DNA of 64,000 bases from Clostridiaceae bacterium (lineage in GTDB: Bacteria > Bacillota > Clostridia > Oscillospirales > QAMX01), in contig JAYFRF010000001.1 in NCBI GenBank assembly GCA_034926225.1, positions 165,962 through 229,961 on the forward strand, written 5' to 3'. Below are positions 52,796-63,934 of this stretch, in pieces (positions within the stretch are counted from its first letter, which is position 1; every line of letters starts with the position of its first letter). The notes under the pieces are model-generated. The model was not told where the DNA came from. It saw nothing but the letters and a program-made list of their open reading frames with translations, and ran no database searches. The position numbers were made by a program, and so were the translations under genes.

Positions 52796-52837
52796 AGCAA
52801 AAGAAACGGCCGGCCGGGAAGATGTACGGCCGGCCGT
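52796..52837 (-). terminator. GC-rich terminator after the mutarotase gene
   Basis: ACGGCCGGCC / GGCCGGCCGT 10-bp stem, followed by a T-rich tract on the minus strand. Confidence 0.7.
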
Positions 52838-52856
52838 ATTTCAGGCGAAACGGGGA

Positions 52857-53183
52857 TTATTTTAAATAGAAGACCTCGCGCATCGGATTGATGGGATTAG
52901 CCTTGGAGTAGTCGAAGGAACCTTCGACCATCTTCGAGGTAATCGCGTCCCACTTGCGGCAAGCGGGATCGTTGTTGACATAGGCAAACGCCGCGGCGGG
53001 ATCGTCGCATTCAAAGCAGTAGAAGAATTGGTTGCCGTTCTGGAAGATGGAATAGTTGCGGTAACCGGCCTTGTGGTGAGCGTCTAGAACCTCAGGCCAG
53101 GCATTCAGATGCATTTGGACGTATTCATCAAGGCATTCGGGCTTGATTTTCCAGGTCCACGCGAATTTATTGCTCTTTTCCAT
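52857..53183 (-). CDS. rhaM: L-rhamnose mutarotase (RhaM/DUF718) family protein
   Basis: 108 aa. The layout matches E. coli RhaM, including the C-terminal EVFYL. Confidence 0.8.
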   Translation of the reverse strand: MEKSNKFAWTWKIKPECLDEYVQMHLNAWPEVLDAHHKAGYRNYSIFQNGNQFFYCFECDDPAAAFAYVNNDPACRKWDAITSKMVEGSFDYSKANPINPMREVFYLK

Positions 53184-53209
53184 ACTAAAATCCTCCGAAC
53201 TATTATGAA

Positions 53210-54973
53210 TTACTTATACAGCGGGCCAAATGCGGCACAGGCGCGGTAATCGGCGCCTTCGAGGTCCTTTGTGCCGAACGAGGACCACGCGGCGGGACGA
53301 TAGACACGGGCGTCGCCGACATTGTGGAGGCTGACCGGGATACGCAGGATGGAAGCGAGGGCTAAAAGCTCCGCACCGATGTGTCCGAAGGAGAAGGAAC
53401 AGTGGTTCGCGCCCCAGTTGGCCATGACGGAGTAGACGTCGGTGAAGGCATCTTTACCGGTGAGGATAGGAGCGAAATAGGTCGTCGGCCAGGTCGGATC
53501 GGTACGCAGATTGATTTTATCATAGACGGCGTCTGGTAGTTCAACGGAATAGCCTTCGGCGATCTGGATAACGGGGCCGAGACCGGCGACAATATTCACG
53601 CGCACCATGGTCAAGGGCATACCGCCACGGGTCTTGAAGGTCGAGGAAAATCCGCCGCCGCGGAAATACGGCAGGCTCGCGGGCCCCCACGTCGTTGCCT
53701 TCATCGTGCGGTCAATATCGTCGGGTGTGATTTCCCAGAAGGGCTTCATCGCCGGCTTACCGTCCTGTAAGCATTCGCCGGCGCCGTCGAGAGCGGCCGC
53801 GCCGGAGTTGATCAGATGGATAAAGCCGTTCGCGGCAGCACCCTCGGGCGTCCAGCCGGTAACACGTTTGACGGCGTCGGGAGACCAGTAAGTACGCACG
53901 TCGCAGAAGACAGACGCGGTGTTGGTCAGGAGATTGCCAAAGAGCATGGAAACGCCGTTGAGAGCGTCGTTTTCCGTCGCGAGGAGATACGGCGCGCGCG
54001 GACCGTTCCAGTCAAAGGAGGTATTGGACATCGCTTCCATGAAGTCGCCGTTGGGGAGATAATCCGTCCACTGACGCTGGCCCTGGAAGCCGGAGAGGAT
54101 TGCGTTATGACCGAGGGACTCCTCCTTGAAGCCCATTTCGGCGAGCTTCGGATTGCCGTGCATGAGATCTTTGGCGATCATCGCCATCTTGACGCAGTAG
54201 GCCCATTCATCGTCCTTCTTGGCGCGGTCATGCTGAATCTCGGCGGGGTTACGATCCGCACCTTCGACGCAGTGAGCGCGCGTCCAGGCATAGGCGCGTT
54301 CGAATTCTTCGTGATCGTAGATGCCCTTGTTGATGCGACGGTCGATCTCGATCATATCGATGTACTCATTGCGCATGCCGAGATAGTGTTGGAAGAAGTC
54401 GTCCTTGACGAAGGAACCGCCGATGCCCATCGCGACACCGCCCATGGAGAGGTAGGACTTACCGTGCATGATAGCGGCAGCGAGACCGGCACGGGCGAAG
54501 GTGAGAAGCTTCTTCGAGACGTCGTCCGGGATGCTGGTATCGGACGCGTCGAGGACATCGTGACCGTAAATGGAGAACGCGGGCAGACCCTTTTGCGCAT
54601 AGCTTGCGAGGGCGGCGGCAAGATAGACGGCGCCGGGACGCTCGGTGCCGTTGAAGCCGTAGACAGCCTTCGGCCGGGAGGGATTTGCGTCCATGACCTC
54701 GGTACCGTAGCACCAACAGGGCGTGACGGTGATAGACAGGCCGACGTTTTCGCGGACGAACAGATCCTCGCAGGCGGCGGCTTCGGCGACACGGCCGATG
54801 GTACTCTCCGCGATAATGCAGACGACTGGGTTGCCGTCCGGGTAACGGAGCGTGCCTTCGAGAAGGGCTTTGACGGAGAGCGCCATATTCATGGTCTGGT
54901 CTTCCAGAGTCTCACGCACGCCGGCGCGACCGTCGATTACGGGGCGAATGCCGATTTTCGGGAAGCTTTGCAT
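53210..54973 (-). CDS. fucI: L-fucose isomerase
   Basis: 587 aa. The N-terminus is [24 protein letters not shown], with full-length FucI similarity. Confidence 0.95.
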   Translation of the reverse strand: MQSFPKIGIRPVIDGRAGVRETLEDQTMNMALSVKALLEGTLRYPDGNPVVCIIAESTIGRVAEAAACEDLFVRENVGLSITVTPCWCYGTEVMDANPSRPKAVYGFNGTERPGAVYLAAALASYAQKGLPAFSIYGHDVLDASDTSIPDDVSKKLLTFARAGLAAAIMHGKSYLSMGGVAMGIGGSFVKDDFFQHYLGMRNEYIDMIEIDRRINKGIYDHEEFERAYAWTRAHCVEGADRNPAEIQHDRAKKDDEWAYCVKMAMIAKDLMHGNPKLAEMGFKEESLGHNAILSGFQGQRQWTDYLPNGDFMEAMSNTSFDWNGPRAPYLLATENDALNGVSMLFGNLLTNTASVFCDVRTYWSPDAVKRVTGWTPEGAAANGFIHLINSGAAALDGAGECLQDGKPAMKPFWEITPDDIDRTMKATTWGPASLPYFRGGGFSSTFKTRGGMPLTMVRVNIVAGLGPVIQIAEGYSVELPDAVYDKINLRTDPTWPTTYFAPILTGKDAFTDVYSVMANWGANHCSFSFGHIGAELLALASILRIPVSLHNVGDARVYRPAAWSSFGTKDLEGADYRACAAFGPLYK

Positions 54974-55013
54974 GTCAGAATTACCTCCGAATATATAAAA
55001 TTGTCAAAAGGTA

Positions 55014-56009
55014 TCAGGAACGAACGATGGAATAAAGCGATTGCGCAGCTGTAACGCCGCCGAGCGCGTTGAAATGCAGCCCATCCTCCGCGCGGCAGGA
55101 AGGAAGGTGCGGCGTGAGCGTGCGGCCATCGATATAACAGAAGGTATGCATTGCGGTTAAGGCACGGATGCCTTCGCGATAGGACTCCCGCACGGTATGG
55201 CGCTCCTCGGGGACGGGATTCGCCGCCCAAGGCGTCGAGAGAACATAGACTTTCGCGTATGGATAGATTGCGCGAAGCTTTGCCATGTAGGCGTCCGCAC
55301 GGCCGAGAAGATGCGGCAGATCGGACATGCCGTAATACTGCGGCTGACCGTCGATATAGACAACCTCGCGGTTTTCGCGGCGAACGAGATCGTTTGCTCC
55401 GTATTCGACGAAAATCACATCTGGACGGCAGGTGTCGTCGGGATCGAGCGTGGATTCATCAAAATAAAGGGAGCCGATGCCGCGATTTATGTAACGTGCG
55501 CCCGCCATACGGGAGACCAGTGTCGGGAAGGAGAGCGACGGCGTAGGCGTATAGGCGGACTGCGTGATGGAGTCTCCATAGAAGAGATAAAACGGTTTTC
55601 CATCCTCAGAAAGAGGCTTTGCGTCTCCAAATGAAGGAACCGACAGCGCACATGCGGCATAGGCGGGCAGAAAAATCTCGAGAAGCGTATCGCCGGGGGA
55701 TTCTTTGCGGTATGTAAACCGACCGGAGGCAGGCTCGGGCGGCAGCGGCTCCGTGTGGACGAGTACGCCGTTTTCGTAGACATCGAAGCCGCCGGTGCGG
55801 GTATACAGCCCGGACAGCGTCCAGGAAAAGCCGATTTCCAGCGCGGAGGTGATCAACGCGAGGGAAACTCCGGCGGCGCAGCGCCCGAAGCGCTCATACA
55901 TCAGATGGAGCGCTTCGAGTGAGGAGAGCTGGGACGTTGTAAAGCGGGTGGGAATCCATGCGCCGTCCCGGTGGACGACATCATACGCACCGTGAAAGAA
56001 TTCCTTCAT
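55014..56009 (-). CDS. SGNH/GDSL-type hydrolase (esterase)
   Basis: The C-terminal half has block I YGDSITQ, block III GANDL and a DGLH-type block V. Confidence 0.7.
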   Translation of the reverse strand: MKEFFHGAYDVVHRDGAWIPTRFTTSQLSSLEALHLMYERFGRCAAGVSLALITSALEIGFSWTLSGLYTRTGGFDVYENGVLVHTEPLPPEPASGRFTYRKESPGDTLLEIFLPAYAACALSVPSFGDAKPLSEDGKPFYLFYGDSITQSAYTPTPSLSFPTLVSRMAGARYINRGIGSLYFDESTLDPDDTCRPDVIFVEYGANDLVRRENREVVYIDGQPQYYGMSDLPHLLGRADAYMAKLRAIYPYAKVYVLSTPWAANPVPEERHTVRESYREGIRALTAMHTFCYIDGRTLTPHLPSCRAEDGLHFNALGGVTAAQSLYSIVRS

Positions 56010-56035
56010 GGCTTTTCAAGATAACTCCCTTCGAA

Positions 56036-57151
56036 TCAGTTTAAGAAGTCCTTTAAGCGCTTGGAACGGCTGGGATGACGCAGCTTTCGCAGAGCCTTGG
56101 CTTCGATCTGGCGGATACGCTCACGCGTGACGTTGAACTCGCGGCCGACTTCCTCAAGGGTGCGGGTACGGCCGTCTTCGACGCCGAAACGGAGCTTTAA
56201 GACCTTTTCCTCCCGCGGCGTGAGCGTGGACAACACGTCTACCAGCTGCTCTCGCAGGAGAGTGAAGGACGCGGCTTCGGCGGGTTCCGGGACATCGTCA
56301 TCGGAGATGAAGTCGCCGAGGTGGGAATCCTCTTCCTCGCCGATCGGCGTTTCGAGGGAGACCGGCTCCTGTGCGATCTTCATGATCTCGCGCACCTTGT
56401 CGATTGGCATGTTGATCTCCGCCGCGATTTCCTCGGGGGAGGGGTCATGCCCCAGTTCCTGCAGAAGCTGGCGGGAGACGCGCATCACCTTGTTGATCGT
56501 CTCGACCATGTGGACAGGGATTCGGATGGTACGGGCCTGATCGGCAATAGCGCGCGTGATGGCCTGACGGATCCACCAGGTGGCATAGGTGGAGAATTTG
56601 TAGCCCTTGGTGTGGTCGAATTTTTCGACGGCCTTGATCAGCCCGAAGTTGCCTTCCTGAATCAGATCGAGGAACTGCATGCCACGGCCGACATAGCGCT
56701 TGGCGATGGAAACGACGAGACGGAGGTTTGCTTCCGCGAGACGCTTTTTCGCGGCTTCGTCACCCTGCGCCATCCGCTGCGCAAGTGCTATTTCCTCGTC
56801 CGGCTCAAGGAGATCGACCTTACCGATTTCCTTGAGGTACATGCGTACCGGGTCGTCAAGCGCGTAGTTATCCGCCATCGTCGCGGTTTCGTCAAGATCC
56901 TTCTGCGTGACCTCTTCCACCTCGTCGAGGTCGGCGGGGATATCCTCGATGATCGAGTCGGCGGGATATTCGTCTACAACGATTTCAATGCCGAGCGATT
57001 CGAAGGTGTCGTAGAGCTTGTCGATCTGATCGGACTCAAATTCGAGTTCTTCAAGGACGTCCATCAGCTCCTTGTAGCTGAGCTTCCCCTTTTTTTTGCC
57101 GTATTCGATCAGATCTTTCAATGCTTGCTTTTTTTCTTCAATAGTGGCCAT
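56036..57151 (-). CDS. rpoD: Primary RNA polymerase sigma factor
   Basis: Regions 1.1 to 4.2 are recognisable ([52 protein letters not shown]). Confidence 0.97.
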   Translation of the reverse strand: MATIEEKKQALKDLIEYGKKKGKLSYKELMDVLEELEFESDQIDKLYDTFESLGIEIVVDEYPADSIIEDIPADLDEVEEVTQKDLDETATMADNYALDDPVRMYLKEIGKVDLLEPDEEIALAQRMAQGDEAAKKRLAEANLRLVVSIAKRYVGRGMQFLDLIQEGNFGLIKAVEKFDHTKGYKFSTYATWWIRQAITRAIADQARTIRIPVHMVETINKVMRVSRQLLQELGHDPSPEEIAAEINMPIDKVREIMKIAQEPVSLETPIGEEEDSHLGDFISDDDVPEPAEAASFTLLREQLVDVLSTLTPREEKVLKLRFGVEDGRTRTLEEVGREFNVTRERIRQIEAKALRKLRHPSRSKRLKDFLN

Positions 57152-57153
57152 GT

Positions 57154-58881
57154 TTATAGTCCCCCGCTGCCTTTTTTGGCGTCGATCAGAGCCTGAAGCG
57201 ACGCGTTTTTCATATGTTCCTGCCGCATCACGGCCAAGTAGTCGGAAAAAGCCCGGTCGGTTTCCCCGACAGGTGTTTTTGCGAGTATCCGGGAAAGCTG
57301 AGAAGCCTCATCAGGTGTCAGATCCTGTGCGAAAACGTCCGGTGAAACGGTTCCGCCGTCGTGGACACGGGTTTTTATGAGTGTATAAAGCTTTGCGTAA
57401 AGCGGAACCGTAAATAGCGTTCCGGCGTTGTCCTCGTCGAGCTTCAAGATTAGCGTCGGGTCGAAGAACAAGAGCGCGATAATCCCCTCCTCCGCCCGCG
57501 CCGCACGCGGATTATCGTAACGGAGCTCTCTGGCCGCTGGCTGCACCGTTCGCACGGGATTTAAAACACGTCTGGTTTCCTCACGGCGTGACGCGCGATC
57601 CCGGCTTTTACGGGCGGCGTTGACCTGAATGCGCAGGGCGTCTAGGGTCGTATCGGTATCGGCTGCGACACGCTGGAGATAGACATCGCGTTCGATCGGG
57701 TCGTCGACGGTGGCAAGCAGCTCGGCCGCGGCTTTCAGATAGGTGATCTTTTTCTCGGGCGTATCCCGATCCGAAGCGTTCGGCAGCCTGGACAGGCGGT
57801 ACTCGAGATCGCCCTGCGTACCACGCAGAAGCTGCTCAAACTTGTCCGCGCCGTTTTTACGGATAAATTCATCCGGGTCTTTGCCGTCCGGTATGCGCAG
57901 AATACGGACATTGATGCCGGTGGACTTCAGGATGTCGATGCCGCGCGCGGTAGCCTTCTGCCCGGCATTATCGGCGTCATAGACGATCACGACGGTTTCA
58001 GCGTAGGTTTTGATCAGCCGTGCCTGCTCGGGAGTCAGCGCGGTGCCGAGGGAAGCTACGGCGGTACGGAAGCCCGCCTGATGCAGTGCGATGACGTCCA
58101 TGTAGCCTTCGGCAAGAAGGATTTCCGAAGGTCTTTCATTTTTGACGAGGTTCATCGCAAAAAGATTTCGCCCTTTTGCGAAGATCGGTGTTTCCGGGGA
58201 GTTTAAATACTTCGGCTGCGAATCATCCATGACGCGTCCGCCGAAGCCGATCACGTCACCCCTAAGCGACAGAATCGGGAACATCACACGGTTGCGAAAC
58301 CGGTCATAGACGCGGCCCTCACGCCCTTCGACGAGGAGACCCGCTTCCAGCATATCGGTTTTCTCGTAGCCCTTGGCACGCATGGCATCCATGAGGGCAT
58401 CCCAGCGGTTCGGCGCAAAGCCTAGTCCGAAGCGACGGATGATGCCGTCGGATAGTCCGCGCCGTCGCAAATAAGCAAGGCCTTCCCCACCGGTCGGAGA
58501 CTGGAGCGTTGTAAAAAAGAACCGTGCGGCATCGCGGTGAAGGTTCATAAGCGTCTCGCGATGCTTGCGGTATGCGGTATTTTCCGCGTCCTCCGGCACG
58601 GTCAGACCCGCCTGCTTTGCAAGGAACGCCACCGCTTCCGGAAAGGGCAGGTTTTCTGCGCGCATGACAAATTGAATCACGCCGCCGCCGACACCGCAAC
58701 CAAAGCAGTGAAAAAAGCCTTTCTCGCGCTGTACATGAAACGACGGCGTTTTCTCCGAATGAAATGGGCAGAGTCCCACATAGCCGGAGCCTTGTTTTTT
58801 TAATGATACATAACGGGAAACGACGTCTACGATATCGCATCGTTCGACTAGCTCGTCTATGAACCGGTCGGGGATCGCCAT
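57154..58881 (-). CDS. dnaG: DNA primase
   Basis: Zinc ribbon [16 protein letters not shown] and a Toprim domain (EGYMDV, DAD.AG). Confidence 0.95.
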   Translation of the reverse strand: MAIPDRFIDELVERCDIVDVVSRYVSLKKQGSGYVGLCPFHSEKTPSFHVQREKGFFHCFGCGVGGGVIQFVMRAENLPFPEAVAFLAKQAGLTVPEDAENTAYRKHRETLMNLHRDAARFFFTTLQSPTGGEGLAYLRRRGLSDGIIRRFGLGFAPNRWDALMDAMRAKGYEKTDMLEAGLLVEGREGRVYDRFRNRVMFPILSLRGDVIGFGGRVMDDSQPKYLNSPETPIFAKGRNLFAMNLVKNERPSEILLAEGYMDVIALHQAGFRTAVASLGTALTPEQARLIKTYAETVVIVYDADNAGQKATARGIDILKSTGINVRILRIPDGKDPDEFIRKNGADKFEQLLRGTQGDLEYRLSRLPNASDRDTPEKKITYLKAAAELLATVDDPIERDVYLQRVAADTDTTLDALRIQVNAARKSRDRASRREETRRVLNPVRTVQPAARELRYDNPRAARAEEGIIALLFFDPTLILKLDEDNAGTLFTVPLYAKLYTLIKTRVHDGGTVSPDVFAQDLTPDEASQLSRILAKTPVGETDRAFSDYLAVMRQEHMKNASLQALIDAKKGSGGL

Positions 58882-58938
58882 ACTATTCTCCTTGAAAACG
58901 GTATTGATTATACCCGAAAAATATAAATATAATGCATA

Positions 58939-59940
58939 TTATGCTTTATTCCAACCTATTGGTATGAAAATATCGCGAAAAGTGGCAACTGCGTACACAT
59001 CGGACATGCCCGCGATATAATCACAGACGCGGCGCTCTACGGAGCCGCGAGTCTCGTCCTGGTATCCCTCCGGCAACTCGGACGGGCTTGCCGTGTAGTA
59101 CCGGTAGAGCATCGCAAGCATTTCCTCCGCTTTCGACTCCTCCGATTTTACGACGGGATTCTTATATACGGTCGCAAAAAGAAACTCGAGCAGCGCCTCC
59201 ATGGCCTCCTCGCGCGAGGACGACAGCGCAATGGACGGACGATCCATGCTTGTCTCGATCATATCGACGACCAGGGTGTTGATGCGTTGCTTATATGTAG
59301 CGCCAAGCGCCGACACAAGGTCGCGCGGCACATCGTCGGGAGAGAGCACACCGGCGTGGATGGCGTCGTCGAGATCGTGATTGATGTAAGCGATGCGGTC
59401 GGAGTAGCGGACGATGCGGCCTTCGAGTGTTGCGGGGAGTCTTGCGCCGGTGTGACAGAGGATGCCATCGCGTACCTCGTTTGAGAGGTTTAAGCCCTGT
59501 CCATGTTTTTCGAGGACGTCCACGACGCGCAAACTCTGTTCGTTGTGAGCAAATCCTTCAGGGCAGAGCCGGGCGAGCGTCCATTCTCCGGCATGGCCGA
59601 ACGGCGGGTGGCCGAGGTCGTGCCCCATCGCGATTGTCTCGACGAGGTCCTCATTCATACGCAAAGCACGGGCGATGACGCGGGCGATCTGCCCCACCTC
59701 CAGAGTATGGGTGAGCCGCGTGCGGTAATGGTCGCCTTCGGGTGAGAGAAAAACCTGCGTCTTATGCTTTAAACGGCGGAAGCTGGAACAATGGATGATA
59801 CTGCCGCGGTCACGTTGGAAGGCGGTACGGACATCGGAAGGTTCTTTCGGGCGTGGTCTGCCGGAGGAATTCACGGCAGCCACCGCATAAGGCGACAAAA
59901 AACGAAGCTCGTCCTGTTCCAGACGTTCACGCACGGTCAT
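58939..59940 (-). CDS. dgt: dGTP triphosphohydrolase-like HD-domain protein
   Basis: Motifs are RTRLTHTLEV and HDLGHPPFGH. GGAGG SD 8 nt before the ATG at 59940. Confidence 0.85.
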   Translation of the reverse strand: MTVRERLEQDELRFLSPYAVAAVNSSGRPRPKEPSDVRTAFQRDRGSIIHCSSFRRLKHKTQVFLSPEGDHYRTRLTHTLEVGQIARVIARALRMNEDLVETIAMGHDLGHPPFGHAGEWTLARLCPEGFAHNEQSLRVVDVLEKHGQGLNLSNEVRDGILCHTGARLPATLEGRIVRYSDRIAYINHDLDDAIHAGVLSPDDVPRDLVSALGATYKQRINTLVVDMIETSMDRPSIALSSSREEAMEALLEFLFATVYKNPVVKSEESKAEEMLAMLYRYYTASPSELPEGYQDETRGSVERRVCDYIAGMSDVYAVATFRDIFIPIGWNKA

Positions 59941-60012
59941 CCACCATACCTCCATTCTACCCTATATATACGAAAAAAGAGGGCAAAAACCCTCTTTTTT
60001 CTCGGATAAATT

Positions 60013-60654
60013 TCAATCGGAAAAGACTCGCTCCGGCAAAAATCGCGTTTCCCCCTCAGTAATGATCGCACGCCCGGCGGTACATTCGGCAACCGCGTCG
60101 GCAATGGGACATTTGAGCGCTTCCGGAATCAGGATGGTATGCGTTACGTCGAGGTCGTACGTCGTATCGGACTCTCGAATGGGATAATCCGAGAGGAGAT
60201 ATTTGAGCTTTTCAAAATATGGGTACTCGATCAGAATTTCCAATCGGCAATACGGCGCCATTTTCGCCTCTCCCGCGGCGTCCAGCGCCAGCGCCGCTGT
60301 CTGCGAGTACGCACGGACAAGGCCGCCCGCACCGAGCAGGATGCCGCCGAAGTAGCGGGTGACGATGCATACGAAATTCGTTATTTTTCGCTTGCGGAAG
60401 ACGTCGAGCACCGGCATACCGGCGGTACCCTTCGGTTCTCCGGCATCGGAGAACCGTGTGATATTCTGCGCGTGGATGTCGTAGGCATAAACGCCGTGGG
60501 TCGCGCTCTGATGACGATGGGCGATCTCCGCAATACGGGCGAGCGCTTCCTCTTCGTTTTCTACGAGGAAAACGTTGCCGATAAAGCGGGACTTCTTCTC
60601 AATCATCTCGATTTCAGAAGCTGTGAACGGAACTAAATAGGTGGAATCGGCCAT
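60013..60654 (-). CDS. yigZ: YigZ / IMPACT family protein
   Basis: Motifs are EKKSRFIG, ATH.VYAY, SDAGEPKGTAG.P and VTRYFGGILLGAGGL. GGAGGA SD before the ATG at 60654. Confidence 0.85.
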   Translation of the reverse strand: MADSTYLVPFTASEIEMIEKKSRFIGNVFLVENEEEALARIAEIAHRHQSATHGVYAYDIHAQNITRFSDAGEPKGTAGMPVLDVFRKRKITNFVCIVTRYFGGILLGAGGLVRAYSQTAALALDAAGEAKMAPYCRLEILIEYPYFEKLKYLLSDYPIRESDTTYDLDVTHTILIPEALKCPIADAVAECTAGRAIITEGETRFLPERVFSD

Positions 60655-60673
60655 GTATTCCTCCAATTTTTGA

Positions 60674-61966
60674 TCAGTTAAGCGTATCGGTAAAGCCGAC
60701 GTCTGTGACGAAGTCGCGCGCCCAGCCGTAAAGCCGGCTGTCACAGATGGCAGTCACTAAAATCGCGTCGTCGGTGTACTCCACCTTCTCCACACGTGCG
60801 TCGCGGTAGAGAATGTCGAGTCTGCCTGCTTCGTTGTAAGGAAGCTTTATGTGGACGCGATGATGCCCCGGGTCGAGCAGTCTTGCGATAGCGGTGCGGA
60901 GGTTGTCAAGCCCCTGCCCCGTCCGCGCGGAAACGATAACGGAGTCTGAGCCGCGCGGTAAAAGCTGCGCGTCGACGAGATCGGCTTTGTTGAAGACCTG
61001 TAAAACGGGCGTCTGCGCAAGCTTGAGCTTTGAGATCAGATCCTCGACGACGGCGGCCTGCTTTGGCCAAGCCGGATTCGACAGGTCGATGACATGCAGC
61101 AGCAGATCGGCGTAGGCAAGCTCCTCAAGCGTCGCGCGGAAGGCGTCGATGAGGGTGTGCGGAAGCTTGTGGATGAAGCCGACCGTATCGGAGATCAGGA
61201 TTTCAAGGGTGTCACTCACAGGGAAACGCCGTAGAGTAGTGTCAAGCGTATCAAAGAGCCGGTCACCGGTGTGGATGTCGGAGCCGGTGAGGGCGTTTAA
61301 AAGCGTCGACTTGCCGGCGTTGGTATAGCCGACGAGCGCTGCGACCGGGGTCTCGGTGGATGCGCGGCGATGGCGGCCGACTTCTCGGACGCGGCCGAGG
61401 TCGTCGATCTGCCGTTCCAGGCGGGTGATACGCGCACGAATGTGACGGCGGTCGGACTCCAGCTTCGATTCACCGGGGCCGCGCGTACCGATACCGCCGC
61501 CGAGACGGGACAGGACGTTACCAAGCCCCTCAAGACGCGGCAGAAGATAGCGATACTGTGCAAGCTCAACTTGCAGCTTGCCTTCGGCGGTCCGGGCGCG
61601 GGAGGCGAAGATATCGAGGATCAGACCGGCACGATCCATCACGCGCAGGCCGGTATCTTCTTCGATTGCCTTAAACTGTGACGGAGACAATTCGTTGTCG
61701 AAGACGAGCAGAGTCGCCTCGTTGGCTTCGGCGAGTGCTTTGATTTCGGCAAGCTTTCCCTCGCCCATCAGAGAGCGCGGATCGGGAGAGGCGCGTTCCT
61801 GCAAGACCTTTGCGGTACAGATGCCGCCGGCAGTTTTTAAGAGTTCCTCCAGCTCGTCTAACGTTTCCCAGGTGGCGTCTTCGTCGGGTGTTAAGACGCG
61901 GGAATGGACGCCTGCGAGGATTGCGCGTTCATTTAGTTCGTCAATGTGAGATGGGTTCATATTCAT
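60674..61966 (-). CDS. hflX: GTPase HflX
   Basis: G1 motif GYTNAGKSTL and an HflX N-terminal domain. The start is at 61966 or 61960. The 572-aa track ORF runs through rpmE and is an artefact. Confidence 0.9.
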   Translation of the reverse strand: MNMNPSHIDELNERAILAGVHSRVLTPDEDATWETLDELEELLKTAGGICTAKVLQERASPDPRSLMGEGKLAEIKALAEANEATLLVFDNELSPSQFKAIEEDTGLRVMDRAGLILDIFASRARTAEGKLQVELAQYRYLLPRLEGLGNVLSRLGGGIGTRGPGESKLESDRRHIRARITRLERQIDDLGRVREVGRHRRASTETPVAALVGYTNAGKSTLLNALTGSDIHTGDRLFDTLDTTLRRFPVSDTLEILISDTVGFIHKLPHTLIDAFRATLEELAYADLLLHVIDLSNPAWPKQAAVVEDLISKLKLAQTPVLQVFNKADLVDAQLLPRGSDSVIVSARTGQGLDNLRTAIARLLDPGHHRVHIKLPYNEAGRLDILYRDARVEKVEYTDDAILVTAICDSRLYGWARDFVTDVGFTDTLN

Positions 61967-62027
61967 GCGGGCAACGGCCCTCCATATTCTATTAAATGTC
62001 AGGGGAAATGCCGCGCCTGGAAAGGGG

Positions 62028-62058
62028 AAAACAAAAACCTGCCGTAAAAAACGGCAGG
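62028..62058 (-). terminator. Terminator of rpmE
   Basis: CCTGCCGT / ACGGCAGG stem followed by TTTTTGTTTT on the minus strand. Confidence 0.75.
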
Positions 62059-62109
62059 CTTTATCGTTATCCCATGACAAAACGGGACAAAACCGGAAAA
62101 AAGGACGTC

Positions 62110-62316
62110 TTACTTGTCCGTCAGACCGAACTTCTTCTTGAAACGGTCGACACGGCCGCCGGTATCCACGAGCTTCTGCTTGCCAGTGAAAAACGGATGG
62201 CACTTGGAGCAAATTTCGACACGGATGTCCTTTTTGGTGGAGCCGGTCTCGATAACCTCGCCGCAGGCGCACCGAATGGTGGTTTGCTCGTACTTGGGAT
62301 GGATTCCTTCCTTCAT
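62110..62316 (-). CDS. rpmE: 50S ribosomal protein L31 (zinc-ribbon type A)
   Basis: [12 protein letters not shown]..(18 aa)..[10 protein letters not shown]. 68 aa. Confidence 0.97.
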   Translation of the reverse strand: MKEGIHPKYEQTTIRCACGEVIETGSTKKDIRVEICSKCHPFFTGKQKLVDTGGRVDRFKKKFGLTDK

Positions 62317-62505
62317 CGTTTACACCTCTCTTCTGCGCGATGCCCATTTGCGGGAGCCGCGTATTTTGTGCTCCCGATAGAGCATGAGACACAAGATATA
62401 TAACACACAGGTTTTATCTTACCATATTTCGCGCAAAAATGCAAGAGGATTTTTTCGTTTTTCTAAGAAAACTTTCACGCGATTCTCCGCAAAACCCCGT
62501 TGGTA

Positions 62506-62847
62506 TCACCGAAAACCGTACGGACGCAGCACCTCGGCAACCGTTTCGGCAAAGCTGTCCTCCGCGCCCCATGAGAAGCGCAGCAGAGGACCCTGCCCCC
62601 CGCCCGAGCCGATCGCCTCGACCGTCACGCGATCCCCGGCGCCGGAGACGACGACAGTCAGCGACGCGCGGTTACTCGCGCGCCAGAAATATTTCTCAAA
62701 GACCATGACCACGACGCTGAAATCGCCGCTTCCGTGGGAAACGGTATCGATCAGCTCGCAGGAAATTCCGCTGTTTTGGATACCGCTCTTGACGACGCCT
62801 GCGATGTCCGACACGCGGCCCGGGCCGGATAATGTGACAGTTGCCAT
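62506..62847 (-). CDS. Hypothetical small protein
   Basis: AAAGGAG SD before the ATG at 62847. 113 aa, Gly/Ser-rich, with no motif recognised. It starts 12 nt after the upstream oxidoreductase stop. Confidence 0.55.
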   Translation of the reverse strand: MATVTLSGPGRVSDIAGVVKSGIQNSGISCELIDTVSHGSGDFSVVVMVFEKYFWRASNRASLTVVVSGAGDRVTVEAIGSGGGQGPLLRFSWGAEDSFAETVAEVLRPYGFR

Positions 62848-62858
62848 TGAATACTCCT

Positions 62859-63815
62859 TTAGTCGTGAATCGTTGCTATACACCGACGGCACAGTTCAAT
62901 CGATTTGCGGCTTTCCTCGGGCGGACAACGATCGACAGGTGCACCGGTGGCGACATGCGAGGTAAAATAAGCGATTTCGTTATAGTAGCAGTCGTCGCCC
63001 TTGCAGTCATAGACCGCAACCTCATGTCCGCCCGTGACCGCGCGAACAACGGCATCGTCGCCGTTGAAGATCAGATAACCCGTCTCGAAATTAACACGGA
63101 AGAAGCGGGTCATGTGGAGGTTTCCATCGACGGACCACTCGTTGTAGAGATTGACATACATGGTGGGATACTGAAAATTACAGGAAGCGGAATCGTAGAT
63201 ATCGATATCATCTGAGCGGATGGCGGCTGCGTCGACAGATACAGGGTCGCCGAAGAACATGCGGGCTGCGTCGGTATCGTGGATGGCGAGATCGAAGGTC
63301 ACGCCGCCGGAGAGAGAATCCTTGAGGATCCAGTTACCAGGCCGCGCGGGGCGGCAATCGCAGCGATGGAAGAACGCGCTGCGCGATGCGCCAAAGGTTT
63401 TATCACGGATATACCGCTCGATGACCTCGTAGGGCTTATAAAAGCGCATCGGATGGGCAACCATGAGAAGTTTTCCTGCCTTGCGGGACGCGTCGATCAT
63501 TGCGGCACAGTCTTCGGAGGTCAACGCCATCGGCTTTTCGCAGAGGACGTTTGCGCCATAAGAGAAGGCCATCTCCGAAAGGGGGCGATGCAGGAAGGTA
63601 GGTGCGCAGATGTCGACGATATCGGGATGCTCTCGCAGGAGCATTTCCTCCGCGTCGCCGCAGACGGGATAGTCGGCGGCATAGCGTTCTCTCGCGGTGG
63701 GCGACTTGTCACAGATCGCGCATATTTTTATATCATGTCCTTCTTTTATCAGACGATTGTACCCACGCAGATGTTCCAGTGCAATGAAGCCCGCACCGAT
63801 AAGCGCAATTTTCAT
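62859..63815 (-). CDS. Gfo/Idh/MocA family oxidoreductase
   Basis: MKIALIGAGFIALEH Rossmann motif and the CEKPM motif. Start at 63815. Confidence 0.85.
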   Translation of the reverse strand: MKIALIGAGFIALEHLRGYNRLIKEGHDIKICAICDKSPTARERYAADYPVCGDAEEMLLREHPDIVDICAPTFLHRPLSEMAFSYGANVLCEKPMALTSEDCAAMIDASRKAGKLLMVAHPMRFYKPYEVIERYIRDKTFGASRSAFFHRCDCRPARPGNWILKDSLSGGVTFDLAIHDTDAARMFFGDPVSVDAAAIRSDDIDIYDSASCNFQYPTMYVNLYNEWSVDGNLHMTRFFRVNFETGYLIFNGDDAVVRAVTGGHEVAVYDCKGDDCYYNEIAYFTSHVATGAPVDRCPPEESRKSIELCRRCIATIHD

Positions 63816-63934
63816 ATAAGGTAACCCCCCATGCAATTCATTATTCTATATTTTAACATGACGGAGCAGAATAGTCAAATAAAGAATGTTTTATATAATC
63901 AATATGGCAAAGTATTTCAGCGAATACTATCAGT

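Noticed and set aside
52806-52837. GGCCGGCC-containing tandem segment as a possible repeat or restriction-related signal
   Set aside because: It is simply a 10-bp GC-rich terminator stem. Its self-complementary core makes it look like a direct repeat.
61967-62392. The N-terminal 142 aa of the 572-aa track ORF (the hflX extension)
   Set aside because: It overlaps rpmE and its terminator in another frame. The HflX homology starts at MNMNPSHIDEL.., which has its own GGAGGG SD.
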